A stretch of 40,033 bases of DNA from Tubiluchus corallicola. Lineage: Eukaryota; Animalia; Priapulida. The first letter of the stretch is position 1. Every line of letters starts with the position of its first letter. Where the stretch lies: assembly GCA_030141605.1 (NCBI GenBank), contig JAQGDQ010001459.1, forward strand, positions 1-40,033, in the 5' to 3' direction. Below, in pieces: positions 13,376 to 25,845 of the stretch. The translations under genes were made by a program, and so were the position numbers. The notes under the pieces are model-generated. The model saw only the letters and a program-made list of their open reading frames with translations, did not search any database and was not told where the DNA came from.

Positions 13376-13869
13376 TATTGACACAGTACGTACATTCATC
13401 CAGAGTCTCACTCGATACAGTATTTCATCTTAGTGGGTTGTCTTTACTAATGATCTATGTTCGGGTCCGGCTACAAACATCTCGTTGAACAGGACCTGTC
13501 GTTGTACGCTGAATTCCGGTTTGCAGTGTGCGAGCTTTATGCAAAAATACCAATCTTTAATTCCCAGCAGTGATTTTTTTCGTTTGTTGCACGTTGACTA
13601 TTTATTTATGATCCGAATAGTTAATTCTAGAGTAGACTTGATCACGTGATCTAATGATTCACTCCCAGTGCGTCTATTAGAAGAAAATTTTAGCAGATAA
13701 TGTCCCGAGTAATTCATGATATTATCGTGGATGATTAACGCGAGATTCCGCGAGAGTCGGGTGGCGTCACGTGAAATGAATTCAACACTTATTTTCTTGA
13801 CATCCTGGAAGGTTTAATAAAGCTATGTTATGAATACTTTTGTGATAGATAATAAGAGCGCTCTGTCTG

Positions 13870-14570
13870 AACGAGTGAATGAGTGAATAAATGGTTAAAT
13901 GAAAGAATGAACGAGCGTACGAACGAACGAATGTGTAACTGAACGAACGATTGAATTGGTGAATGAATGCATAAATGAATGAATGAATGAATGAATGAAC
14001 GAGCGTACGAACGAACGAACGAAACTAATGTGTAAGTGAATGAATGATTGAATTGGTGAATGAATGATTGAATTATTGAATGAATGAATGAATGAATGAA
14101 TGAATGAATGAATTAGTGATTGAATGGATAAATCAATGATTGAATGAATGAATGAATAAATAAATGAATGAATGAATGAATGAATGAATGAATTGGTGAT
14201 TGAATGGATAAATCAATGATTGAATGAATGAATGAATGAATAAATGAATGAATGAATGAATTAATGAATTAGTGAATGAATGGATAAATCAATGATTGAA
14301 TGAATGAGTGAGCGAGTGAATTAGTTACTGAATGAATGAATGAGTGAATGAATAAATGAAAGAAAGAAATAACGAACGAATGAATGAATGAATGATGAAT
14401 GAGCAAACAAATGAGTGTATGAATGAATACAACCGTACGACCACACAACTGACTGGCTAGCTCACCAACTGACTGACCGACCAACCAGCTGATCAGCCGG
14501 TGAGCGAATGTATGAATAACGAACGAATGAGTGAATGAACAAACGAATGAATAAATGATTGAATGAATGA
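13870..14570. repeat. Degenerate (GAAT)n array with internal higher-order duplications
   Basis: Direct reading; TGGATAAATCAATGATTGAATG occurs three times at 14125-14305. Confidence 0.93.
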
Positions 14571-15132
14571 GTAAAACCTGCACTTAATCTCGCTGTCGTA
14601 TTTGGAAAACAGGAAGTTGTTCAACATGTTGTCTCTCTTGAATCCCTTACGAAAACCACCTTTGAAAAACGTTTGCACACGTACGACTCAAGTTTTCTAA
14701 CCTTCTCAACGACGCATCCGCGTAACAATGAGAAGCTTTAATGCAAACGTTCAACACTTATACCCATGAATGGACGTCTTGTTATATAGCATTAGGCACT
14801 TGACCAACAGCAGCTGCGAAAATATTCGCCTACATGTGCCCGTCATTAGATAAGCTTTGATCGCTCAATAACTCTTTGTTTGACCCCAAAATAGGAAATT
14901 TGGCAATAAAATGGCTACTGGCAGGAAATGTGTAATACAGTAGCGTGATTGGAGTTAGTAACGCTAGAATTAGCATTATTATCTCATGTTTGTATGTAGC
15001 GAAGTAGAATTTAAAGGAAAAGAAAAGGGGTACCTGAAGTAGGATTTAGAAAAATCGTCTTAAAAATTATATTACTTTATAGCTATTTTATGGCAAACTT
15101 TGTAGCTTTATAGTACGTTTTCTGACCTCCTA

Positions 15133-15138
15133 TCTCTT

Positions 15139-15178
<40 letters not shown>

Positions 15179-15279
15179 CTCTTTCTGTTCCTTTCTCCCC
15201 TCTCTCCCTCTTTCTCTCTCATTGCTTTCTTTCTCACTCTCTCTCCCTTTTTTCTCTTCCTCTTTCTTTCTCTTTCTGT

Positions 15280-15321
<42 letters not shown>

Positions 15322-15410
15322 TTCCCTCTTTCTCTTTCTAGCTCTTTTCCGTCTCTCCCGCTCTTTCTCCCTTTCTCCCTCCCTCTCTCTCTCTCTCTCT
15401 CTCACTCACT

Positions 15411-15448
<38 letters not shown>

Positions 15449-15464
15449 ACTCGACTCTCACTCA

Positions 15465-15540
<76 letters not shown>
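15133..15540. repeat. Imperfect (TC)n microsatellite
   Basis: Direct reading. Confidence 0.95.
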
Positions 15541-15543
<3 letters not shown>

Positions 15544-16682
15544 CTTCTCCGACTTATCTACATCTAAATTCTCTCGCAGCTTCCATTAACGGTAGTACAT
15601 CGAAACGTACTCGAAAAGCTCTTTCATTTTCACTCTCTTTTTTGACCTTGACGACTTGTCCATGGCTTCATATTTCTCCAGTGTGCTTTCGCGCCATCAT
15701 AATGCATTTCTCTTCTATTTACCCTCCTTTGATTTGTGACAAGCTACACAGTGATCAGGCTTCTCAAAAGTTTTTCAATAGAACTGGCTTCAGTTTCTTC
15801 AAAGAGAATTGTAGCCATGCATTCGCCTCTCAGTGCATCAATACCAAGCAAGAAATGAATTTTCAATTGAACGTTTGTTCCCCCGTTTATAACGATTTTT
15901 CCCATCATTTTGTTGCATGTGAAGTGTCGGTTTGTATTAATCACGTGACACAGCCAGAGGGCGCGCATAGTCACGACCACTAGGGGCGTTTTGTTTCATA
16001 TGTCTTGTTCCCAAGTGACTTTGTACGACCTTCTAGGAAAAAAGACGTAACCACTTAGCAATACATCCTTCGAAAATCAATTTTGTGTATTGTGTGACCT
16101 CTGTGTCTTGTGTCTGCGACTCGTGGCCCCCTGGTGGTCTCTCCCCGCACTCTGTCACTTACTGCCTGGAGACAGCAATCGCAAATCGATGTTGTTATTG
16201 ACGCCGATAACTCGAAAAAAGGCGTTAAGGGATTTCGACCCCTTTCTCTGCCATTAGCAGTCGCGAGAATTGGAGAGTGCCGCACTCGGCGAGATCTCGC
16301 GAGGATTATGGCGGACGATAATTGCTAAAAAATTTGCTGGCCAGAAAACATTCTTAATGTTTCAACAGCTGCAAAGAGAGAGACAGAAACGAGCATTGAA
16401 GCGCATGTAATTGAATAAAGACGAAACTTATCAAAAATTTAAGCAGAGAAATTCGGAGTTCCACTGAAATGGTTCGTTGTATGCGGACGACTTGATTCTA
16501 CTAGCTAGCAAAACGTGCAATCTTGACAAGCAGACTCTCATGGCACGAGTCACGTTTACATTCGATACGCCATAAAGCTCTAGATCTGCTAAATGTTAGC
16601 AGATTTGGGAAAATCTTAGTGTTGCCACGTCAAATACGTCTAGTGTTGCCGCACCAATTATTAGTTGGTGTTTCCAAGTTTA

Positions 16683-17197
16683 AGGAAAGAACGAGTCACT
16701 CAGTATGATGAGTTTATTTTACTGTTAACACTTAAACTTAGAAAACTACAAGAAAGTAATTTGCATTAGTGGTTGCCGCCCCATTCACTTGAATATCATG
16801 ACGTAATGAAAATCAAAACTGGGAGACTTCGTGACTTTTCGTAAGCGCGTCGTTACTTTCCGTAAGCGCGCGCTGCTTACATTAATTCAAACTTCTGCAG
16901 CTTACCTAATGTTCACGCAAAAATACGTATTACCACATTAGCTATATAATTTTTTTTGTTAAAAACTTCTTATACTTTTAATGAAGATTGACAGTGCACA
17001 CCTTTTCTTCAAGACGAATGACGTCATTGGAAGAAGAATGGGCATTGAAAATGGGAGCGTCCAAGCATGAAGTGATCGTGACTTTAAAGTGATTTTGTTA
17101 GTTACACGAGACGCTTATTGCAGGTTTATTACTAAATCCTAACATTTTTCGCGAACATTGAAATAAGCCTCACCTCCTAAAATGGTTACCTTTTCCT
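16683..17197 (+). mobile_element. Kolobok-like MITE family C, copy 2
   Basis: TTTA|AGGAAAGAACGAG ... TTTTCCT|TTAA. Shares GGAGACTTCGTGACTTTTCGTAAGCGCGTCG and CACCTTTTCTTCAAGACGAATGACGTCATTGGAAGAAGAATGGG with 4842-5448. Confidence 0.8.
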
Positions 17198-17479
17198 TTA
17201 ACTTGCTTTGTCTCACTGGTAAAATTATGTACTACAGAAAATACAAGCTCATTAATCATAGTGTAAAGACATTAATTCCTCGTTAATTTATCATAAATTA
17301 TCAGAGTCTGCACAATTTCTGTAGCTTATTGGATAATTTGTTGTCATTTATGTCAATTATGCACGACACAGAACACACGTGGTCACCGGCGCTCGAGGTG
17401 CGTCAAACTAACAAGATAAGATTTGCCATATTGCTTTCAATTGGCGAAACGATAAAGATAAACAATAGTTGATCTATTA

Positions 17480-17930
17480 ATTGAAACTGTATTCCTGCAC
17501 AACTCTGAGCTCTGGACATTAAAAGCAAATCATAAAGCTGAATTCGATGCGTTTCAAAGGCGAATTTATAGAAACGTTTTGGGTATTAGATGGCCAAAGA
17601 AAATTTCAAACAAAGATCTATATGAAAAAATAAAAGAAGGACCTTGGACAAGAAAATTAAAAAGACGCCGTTTAAGATGGATTGGGCATATGCTTAGACT
17701 ATCTGATGATATTCCAGTGAAGATAGCTCTTCAACAAGTCATAGAACCAGCTAAAAACCTGCAGGACAAATGTTAACATGTTTAGATCTTGCACAGAAAG
17801 ATTTAAACACTTCAGCATTGATCCTTAGAGATAAATGCACTTGGGGCATTGCGGCGAGCAGGGAGTCCTGGCATAGGGAGGTGAGCAGAATCATGTCACT
17901 GGACGTATGATTCATTGGATGATGATGACG
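17480..17930 (+). mobile_element. RTE-clade LINE 3' fragment 1
   Basis: ETVFLHNSELWTL..DAFQRRIYRNVLGIRWPKKISNKDLY..RRRLRWIGHMLRL is the characteristic RTE ORF C-terminal region. Ends in a short (GAT)n tail. Confidence 0.88.
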
Positions 17931-17944
17931 ACAAGATAAAGAAG

Positions 17945-18405
17945 ATTAAGAATCTTTGCTGCACTTGTAGAAACTGTGTTTCTTTGTAACTCAGAATTAT
18001 GGACAATTAAAGCTCAACACGAATCAGAAATTGATGCATTTCAAAGAAGAAACTACAGGAACACTCTAGAAGTGACCTAGAAAAGGTCAAAGAAAATTTC
18101 AAAACAGGATCTGTATAAAAAAGTCACAGCAGAGGAATGGACAACTAAAATCAAAAGGTGAAGACTAAGATGGATAGGACATGTTATACGAGTACCAGAT
18201 GACAGTCCATTAAAATTAACTTTTAAAGAAGCACTGCAGAAAGCATAAAACCAAAAGGAGAACAGCTGCTGACTTACATCAATTTCATCCAAAAGGATCT
18301 TATCACCACACCATTAGATATCAAAAATACAGAGACATGGGAGGTTGCAGGTGACAGGACAGCATGGAGTAAAGTGATTAGGAGAGTCATGTCAGATGAT
18401 GATGA
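17945..18405 (+). mobile_element. RTE-clade LINE 3' fragment 2 (with in-frame stops)
   Basis: LRIFAALVETVFLCNSELWTI..DAFQRRNYR..KISKQDLY..*RLRWIGHVIRV; (GAT)n tail at about 18395-18405. Confidence 0.85.
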
Positions 18406-18926
18406 AAGAGGTAACGTTACTTTGCAAGGGAGTAGTGGAAAGTGTATATTAGGAAGAAACATTTTTAGATCGACTTAATTGAAAAGGCCAAGGGAAAACA
18501 GTCGTTCAATTGTTTTTTCTGGAATGAAACCACCCACACTCACAAGATGGCGCCACCCCAAACTCATCCATCAATGCCTGCGTGAGCTACGAACTAATTA
18601 AAAGCTAAACGGAAATATTAATTAGACGCTAATTTGTGAATCAATAGTTACGCAAAGTCACTGTGTGAGCAATCGTCTCAAATTACCCAGCGTTTACGTA
18701 ATGTGAATCCCATAATGCACTTCCGGCGCGTCACTTCCTGTGCAGACAAAATTGTGCAGGAAACTATTATAGCTTTTAAAAAGGAAGGATTTTGTTCTAC
18801 ATGTTTTTCTTCATATCGCTTGACTCGGCTGACGAATTTATTCGAGTTTTATTCTTATTCAAATTTTTCATCTGGTCGTCAGATTAGTAAGCATATTCAG
18901 GGCTTTATTCAGGGCATAATCATCAC

Positions 18927-19192
18927 GAACTTTTGTGCCCTAATGAAATCGTGCCCCCCTCAGACGGAACCACCCTCAAACTCGCCCGCACCTGTCTTGA
19001 ATATTTTTTTATGATATATTTTAGCAACAGTTACAAAGCTTGAACTAAACTTATTGCAAATTCTTTAAATTAACTAGAATAGCTGTCTTCTGTTTGTCAG
19101 TAAATATATTCTTCATGAAACACCTCTATTTTACTCTTTATTTCAAACCAAATTCAACACAATGGATTTTTTATCAAATGCTACCAAAGCTT
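18927..19192 (+). repeat. Dispersed repeat family B, copy 2
   Basis: Similarity to 3825-4040. Confidence 0.75.
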
Positions 19193-19305
19193 GAATATAA
19201 ATGAAAAAAGAGAAGGCAAACTAAGGCAAATTGTCTCCTTTACTTTTAGGATTATTAATGTCTCTGTGTAAAGTTAGCTGGTGTTCAATCTGTATGGACA
19301 AATAT

Positions 19306-19805
19306 AAGTGATGTTATATTAGAATCATGTCTAGTCTATGTCTATGTCATATGTGCAGTGAGCCACTCAGGCTCCACAGTAGTCAGAATCACAAAGTCCA
19401 TTCTTTCCGTCATATCGTAAACAAACACAGAAACCACCACACATATCCCAGTGCATTTATTTATGGGTAATTATTCGATTTAACAAAATTATGTGGGCAT
19501 CTTTTTCCCTGTGGCCCCAGGCATGTGGTTATGTGTTTGTGTGCTTGTTTACCAATATGTGGGTGCGGATGGACAATGAGATTCTGACTACTATGGAGCC
19601 TGAACTGCTCACTGCACATATGACATACACATAGACATGACTTATAACATCACTTTTCTATGTAATTTAATGCTGCTCACTGCACATATGACATACACAT
19701 AGACATGATCTTAATATAACATCACTTTTGTATGTAATTTAATGCTGCTCACTGCCTATATGACTTACACATAGACATGATTTTAATATAATATCACATT
19801 TAATA
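19306..19805. mobile_element. Palindromic MITE-like element (19306-19655) with tandem re-duplication of its right end
   Basis: 19306-19401 is the reverse complement of about 19568-19655. A unit of about 70 bp (TGCTCACTGCACATATGACATACACATAGACATGA..ATCAC) is repeated twice more, to about 19805. Confidence 0.7.
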
Positions 19806-20068
19806 TTATATCAAAGGTGATTTAAAGCTGATACACTAGTATTTATTGTGAATAAAACTTACTGTAAGTATTTTTTCAGTCTGTTAAATTTCATTTTACT
19901 GTTTAGTTATTGTTTACTGTTATTGTTTTTAGTCTGAATTACGCATATATGGGGTACTATAATCTTTTCAGCACTATGGGGCTCTTGAGGTACTAATCCG
20001 ACCTTCATTAAACCATAAGTATCTGTCCCACTCAAATCAGTTTACTGTATCAGTAAAACTAAGGCTAG

Positions 20069-21933
20069 CAATGACTTTGGTTACAAGCGTTTTGGACGAT
20101 TTTAATGATTGGTTAGTTTGCAAATGATGTCACAATGACGTACATCTAATTGACCACTACTAGTTTTCTAAAGACAACTAAAGACTCCACGAAGAGGTTC
20201 CGTGCAACTATCAATGGTCAGTCAGAGGTCATTTCCTTCAGCTGAAGTAGAAAACAACAGTGGACTCTAATGAGCTCCTCAATTGCTCTAAGGATGATGG
20301 TCTATCCTGCTTCACTAATTGGTTAAAGCCTGTAGGCTTGTAAACGCCGCAGAGCATGACGGGATAGCTGTTTTCTGTGTGAACTGCATGGCGAATTCAA
20401 CGGACCATATCAATGGCTTCAAACGTAATTCGAGGATCAGTTCTCATCTCTTCAGTTTTTCCAATACTATTTCTTTTAATTAAATTAACACTGGCAGCTC
20501 GTAGTTAAAATTACTGAGGGTGCTGCTTCAGAAAATTTTTTAGCTATTGTTTTAATACTTTGTAAGAGGAAACAGACGTAATTTTAATGTTGTAATTTGT
20601 AATTGTAACTTTAAATAATCTATACATAAACTTGATAAAATCCTAAACCAATTTTTTTTTGCTTACGAATAGCCTAAATTGCCACTGTTCAAGAATATGT
20701 CGGTCACGGTTTTTAAGCACGTGACAACAAACTGCGTGAGTGACACTACTTTCTCTACCTAGCAGCAGACGCTAGCAGTGCAGCATACAGCATGTTATCT
20801 CATACACTTGCGCACGTGAGCATGCGCACAATAGGAAACACACAAATGTGCTGGGCTGTGAAGCAAACAGTACTACCCTCATGTTCTCTGGTACGGTGCA
20901 AGGACAAAGAAAGAACTAAAGAAAAAAGACATTATTTTGAATATTATTGATAATATTGAGTGATAATAGGGGTGCTGCTGTTCCACAAAACCTATACACG
21001 AGCCGCCACTGAAAATTAGTTAACACTTGATAATCATTAATCAATAATTTATTTAACATGTACTGTCTTCCTTCATAGTAAAGTCATTCGAGTAAAAACG
21101 CCAGGTCTAGAAGGTAGGAATTTCTAGAATTTTACTAAATCTGGTTGCTTTTGCCCTTCTGGCCCCTGGGCTACAGATCCCATGAGATCCAGACCCCGTA
21201 GTGACAATTAACAAAAGCGTGAATGTTGGATTCTTCAAATCAGTTTATTCAAATTCTACAGCATAACATAAAATATACTGTTACTAGTACCACTACAGTT
21301 CTCTTGGGACAGAGGTACCTTATCTCTGTCAGAGGAGACGTGACCTCAATTCCTACAAATTTGCGTCATTCTAATCAGGATTGCAGGTGTGGCAGTACTA
21401 ACGAGTTGGAATAATGGACAAGAAAACAAATCCAGTGCATTATATTATACAGTATATTAATTAATTGAGAGATATCTTTTCAAAGCGATAATTCAGCATT
21501 CTGTAGTAACTTTTCACAGTAAATTATTATTCTCTGGAGGCCCCTCAGCTGGCAGAGGTCCCTTGGTTCCAGCCCGTAACGACCTTGCCCTAATCCGGCA
21601 ATGTCGCCTTTGCAAATTTCAAGTTCATCCCAGAAACGTCGCAAAATTAACATAAATTTTGAGCTCCTACAGGCTTTAACCAATTAGTGAAGCAGCATGG
21701 ACCATCATCCTCAGAGCAATTGAGGAGCTCATTAGAGTCCACTGTTGTTTTCTACTTCAGCTGCAGGAAATGACCTCTGACTGACCATTGATAGCTCCAC
21801 GGAACCTCTTCATGGAGTCTTTAGTTGTCTTTAGCAGACGAGTAGTGGCCAATTAGATGTACGTCATTGTGACATCATTTGCAAACTAACCAATCATTAA
21901 AATCGTCCAAAACGCTTGTAACCAAAGTCACTG
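20069..21933. mobile_element. Fold-back element with 268-bp terminal inverted repeats
   Basis: 20069-20336 and 21666-21933 are reverse complements, with about 12 mismatches and no indels by my manual alignment. The 1.33-kb spacer has no recognisable coding capacity. No TSD seen. Confidence 0.85.
20489..21011 (-). mobile_element. MITE family E (hAT/P-like TIR), nested in the fold-back spacer
   Basis: TIRs CACTGGCAGCTCGT / ACGAGCCGCCACTG. Flanks TAAATTAA / AAAATTAG match 6 of 8. Reverse-orientation homologue of 35597-36124; strand assignment is relative. Confidence 0.8.
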
Positions 21934-23069
21934 AAACTCCCGATTTCTAAAATTTGGTGGAGCAGTTGTTCTGCCAAAGAGCTGGCTTCGTTAGAAACTC
22001 CCGGGTCTTTTGCTGTGCGCGCTTGTTTTCTCTAAGCTGTGTTACAATCAACAGCTTTGATTACAGTTCACTGTGTTTGCTGGCAATGCGATTGACACTG
22101 AGAAGCCAGAGAGAAACCAAGTAACAGCTAACGTAGGGCTTCTTTTCTTTAAGATATAGAAGGTGTCGTTTATTGTGCTTTAATTATTTTTAGCTGCAAT
22201 GGTTAATTTTCAGACGATTTTCTACTTGCAATCTTGTACTAAATCCAAAGTTAGTCTTCTGATTAAAGCATTCTACAGTTTGGTACACTATATTTAGTAC
22301 ACTGCCTTTGGTAAGACAATATTTAGTGCTCTGTGGCAAGCCGTTGTGGCGAGACCGGTACTTTACTGGTTGGCTGTAAGCTATACCATGCACAGAAACG
22401 GCAATAGCGTCTTAACAATCCATATTCATTTCCTACTCATTTCTTCTTCTACTTACACAAACGTGGCTTCTTTCCTCTTGGTACTGACGCTTATGACGTC
22501 ACGCAAGTGCTAATAACTCCCTGGTCCTGGCGGGCATTACTTATTGACAGGAGTCTTGGGTCTCGTTCACAAATTAAAGAATAAACAGTTGCCCCGCGGC
22601 CAACACGAGACTGATTGAAGAGATATGTTGAATTGATAGCTGGAAGCCCTGCTGCTTCTGCTGCCGTTACGCTTGGTTTAACACAGACGTGGCTTCTTGT
22701 AAGTCAGTAGGAATGAAGACAGAAATGATAGTCTCACGAGTAAAAACGCTGGTTTCTGAGGCACCCATTTTGTGCTTCAACTGTTCCTCTTCTTGTTTAT
22801 GTCTAGATCGTTTTTTCTGTCTTGTTTGTCTGTCTGTTCATTTGGTATTTCGTTTGTTTATCAGTTTTTTGTTTGTTTGTTCCATTGTTTATTTTTTTCT
22901 CCATCTGTTCGTTTGTTTGTTCATGTGCCACACGTTTGTTTGCTTCCCTAATTTGTTTTTTGTTTGTTTGCTTATTTGTTTGCTCCTTTGTTCGTTTCTT
23001 TGTTTATATACGTGTTTATTTGTTTGGTCGAATGTTCGTACTTGCATGTTGTTCTTTCCCTTTTTTTAT

Positions 23070-23550
23070 ACACCCAGTAACTACTCATAAATTCTTCTTT
23101 GCACTGTTTACCTTGCATTGACCTTGCATTGACCTCGCATTGACCACGTTTGTTGCACCCGGTAACTACTTACATGCTGCAACTCATAAACTCTTTTTTT
23201 CCACGTTGACCTTGCATTGACCTTGCATTGACCTTGTTTGTTGCACCCGGTAACTACTTACATGCTGCAACTCATAAACTCTTTTTTTCCACGTTGACCT
23301 TGCATTGACCTTGCATTGACCTTGTTTGTTGCACCCGGTAACTACTTACATGCTGCAACTCATAAACTCTTTTTTTCCACGTTGACCTTGCATTGACCTT
23401 GCATTGACCTTGTTTGTTGCACCCGGTAACTACTTACATGCTGCAACTCATAAACTCTTTAACTACTTACATGCTGCAACTCATAAACTCTTCTTTGTCC
23501 TAGTTGCCCTTGCATTGACCTTGCATTGACCTCGTAGTGACCTCGTTTGT
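23070..23550. repeat. 88-bp minisatellite with nested 11-bp subrepeat (TTGACCTTGCA)
   Basis: GCACCCGGTAAC recurs at 23243, 23331 and 23419 (88-bp period), with degenerate outer copies. Confidence 0.93.
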
Positions 23551-23608
23551 TACCACCAACAAAGAAATACTCAGAATTTGATTAGTTTCTATTCACTTTT
23601 GTTTCTAG

Positions 23609-23735
23609 GAGACGGAAAAGGAAAAAGGAAGAGGAACAGCGACTGAACGGAGGTTTGGTGATCGGAAACAGTGCAAGTTTGTACAAAGCAAAAGCAATTC
23701 TACCTGATGTGTGCCGACCCGACAGCGACATGGAG
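23609..23735 (+). CDS. Exon B of the membrane-protein gene (juxtamembrane segment), absent from the ORF track
   Basis: Acceptor cacttttgtttctag and donor GAG|gtcagt. 127 nt = 1 + 42 codons, so it bridges phase 2 (exon A) to phase 0 (exon C). Reads (R)RRKRKKEEEQRLNGGLVIGNSASLYKAKAILPDVCRPDSDME, placing the expected basic cluster right after the TM helix. Confidence 0.85.
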
Positions 23736-24933
23736 GTCAGTTGCCATTTCTGGTTCTCGTAAATGCTTGATTGCCACCCAATGCCACCTTCCCGAGCTGA
23801 CGGTTCGAATACCATGCACCAGAGCAATAAGCCTTTTCACAGTTTCGTTGTGCTTACACGCAGCTGCCGCAGGATAAGTGTACCATAGCAATGCATGTTA
23901 ACTACAACCCTCACGTGACCTGTGTAAAGCAAAGCCATCTACCACATCAGTTCAGTAACTTCAGTTGTTGTACATGGGCTTTGCTTAGCCTGCACATAGA
24001 GTGATTTACTAGACTTTTTCACGATCACCACCCACCGCTAGAACTGTGAAAAGGCTTATTCCGCTTCAGTCTTTCCCAATTTGCAATGAAGATAGCAACA
24101 AAGAAGCCAGTTTTTCATTAATTCATCAATAGTTAGTTTTACTTTAGAAAATCAGTAAAATTCCTCTGCTGCTCTTTTCAAAATTCCTGAATCGTTTCAG
24201 TCCGCATCTTTGTCAATGACAAAAAACTTCCGAGCCGAATCAGCACTGCAGTTGACGGACATTTGTCAGGATATGGCTGACTTCCTTGCTTCCTTGGCAG
24301 AAGCGTAGCGGGGGGTTGGGGGTGGGGAGCAGTTGGCAATCACCCCCGGGCGCAAGGATGAGAGGGCGCAAAGTTCTTCTAGAGTTCAATGACTGTTAAT
24401 TATTAATTACTAATCAGACATTAACAAAACAATTAACAAAAGTTTTCAAACTACAACAAAATTGTCTAGTCAGAGATCATCGTAGCTGATTTAGTTACTG
24501 TTTACACCCTATAAAAAACTAATTTAGTTACTTAATGGGTGTGTAGGGTGTCGTGTGGCTTAGCAGATTGATAATTTTGGCAGAAACAGTGGCGTTTCCC
24601 TAAATGCAGATTGTATTAATGTGAAAACCTGTAGTGTTCTGTATCTTTCATAATCTTTGCATGTTTTAATGTTGGAGCTGAATGTTTAATGACTGTCATG
24701 TTGCTAGCAACTTATGCAATAGAAAAGAGTTACTCTGCTGCAGTACCACAAATCAAACTCCGGGTGATTCTTAGAGAAAATCGTTTATCTTTATTCCATC
24801 ATGTCAGAAAGGAAAGTCAGGCTCAGGAAGGCAAAAACGTGCATAATTTGTGGCTTCACCTACGAGACAAATGATCAAAACATTAAGAGTGGGTTTCAGA
24901 AGTTTTTTGCCTCCCGGAAGTACGCCACTGATC

Positions 24934-25845
24934 CTTGGCTCTCCCTACTGGCTTTCTTGGCTCTCCCTACTGGCTTCCTTGGCTCTCCCTACTGGCTTCC
25001 TTGGCTCTCCCTACTGGCTTCCTTGGCTCTCCCTACTGGCTTTCTTGGCTCTCCCTACTGGCTTCCTTGGCTCTCCCTACTGGCTTCCTTGGCTCTCCCT
25101 ACTGGCTTCCTTGGCTCTCCCTACTGGCTTCCTTGACTCTCCCTACTGGCTTTCTTGGCTCTCCCTACTGGCTTCCTTGGCTCTCCCTACTGGCTTCCTT
25201 GGCTCTCCCTACTGGCTTCCTTGGCTCTCCCTACTGGCTTTCTTGGCTCTCCCTACTGGCTTCCTTGGCTCTCCCTACTGGCTTTCTTGGCTCTCCCCAC
25301 TGGCTTCCTTGGCTCTCCCTACTGGCTTCCTTGGCTCTCCCTACTGGCTTCCTTGGCTCTCCCAACTGGCTTCCTTGGCTCTCCCTACTGGCTTCCTTGG
25401 CTCTCCCTACTGGCTTCCTTGGCTCTCCCAACTGGCTTCCTTGGCTCTCCCTACTGGCTTCCTTGGCTCTCCCTACTGGCTTCCTTGGCTCTCCCTACTG
25501 GCTTCCTTGGCTCTCCCTACTGGCTTCCTTGGCTCTCCCTACTGGCTTTCTTGGCTCTCCCTACTGGCTTCCTTGGCTCTCCCTACTGGCTTCCTTGGCT
25601 CTCCCTACTGGCTTCCTTGGCTCTCCCTACTGGCTTCCTTGGCTCTCCCTACTGGCTTCCTTGGCTCTCCCTACTGGCTTCCTTGGCTCTCCCTACTGGC
25701 TTCCTTGGCTCTCCCTACTGGCTTCCTTGGCTCTCCCTACTGTCTTCCTTGGCTCTCCCTACTGGCTTCCTTGGCTCTCCCTACTGGCTTTCTTGGCTCA
25801 CCCTCCTGGCTTTCTTGGCTCTCCTTACTGGCTTCCTTGGCTTCC
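24934..25845. repeat. 22-bp minisatellite, about 41 copies
   Basis: Unit CTTGGCTCTCCCTACTGGCTT(C/T). It has no stops on the + strand, which creates spurious ORFs in all three frames. Confidence 0.97.

Noticed and set aside
24808-24838. Candidate phase-compatible mini-exon (KESQAQEGKN)
   Set aside because: Poor donor (gtgcat) and mediocre acceptor; not needed for the gene model.
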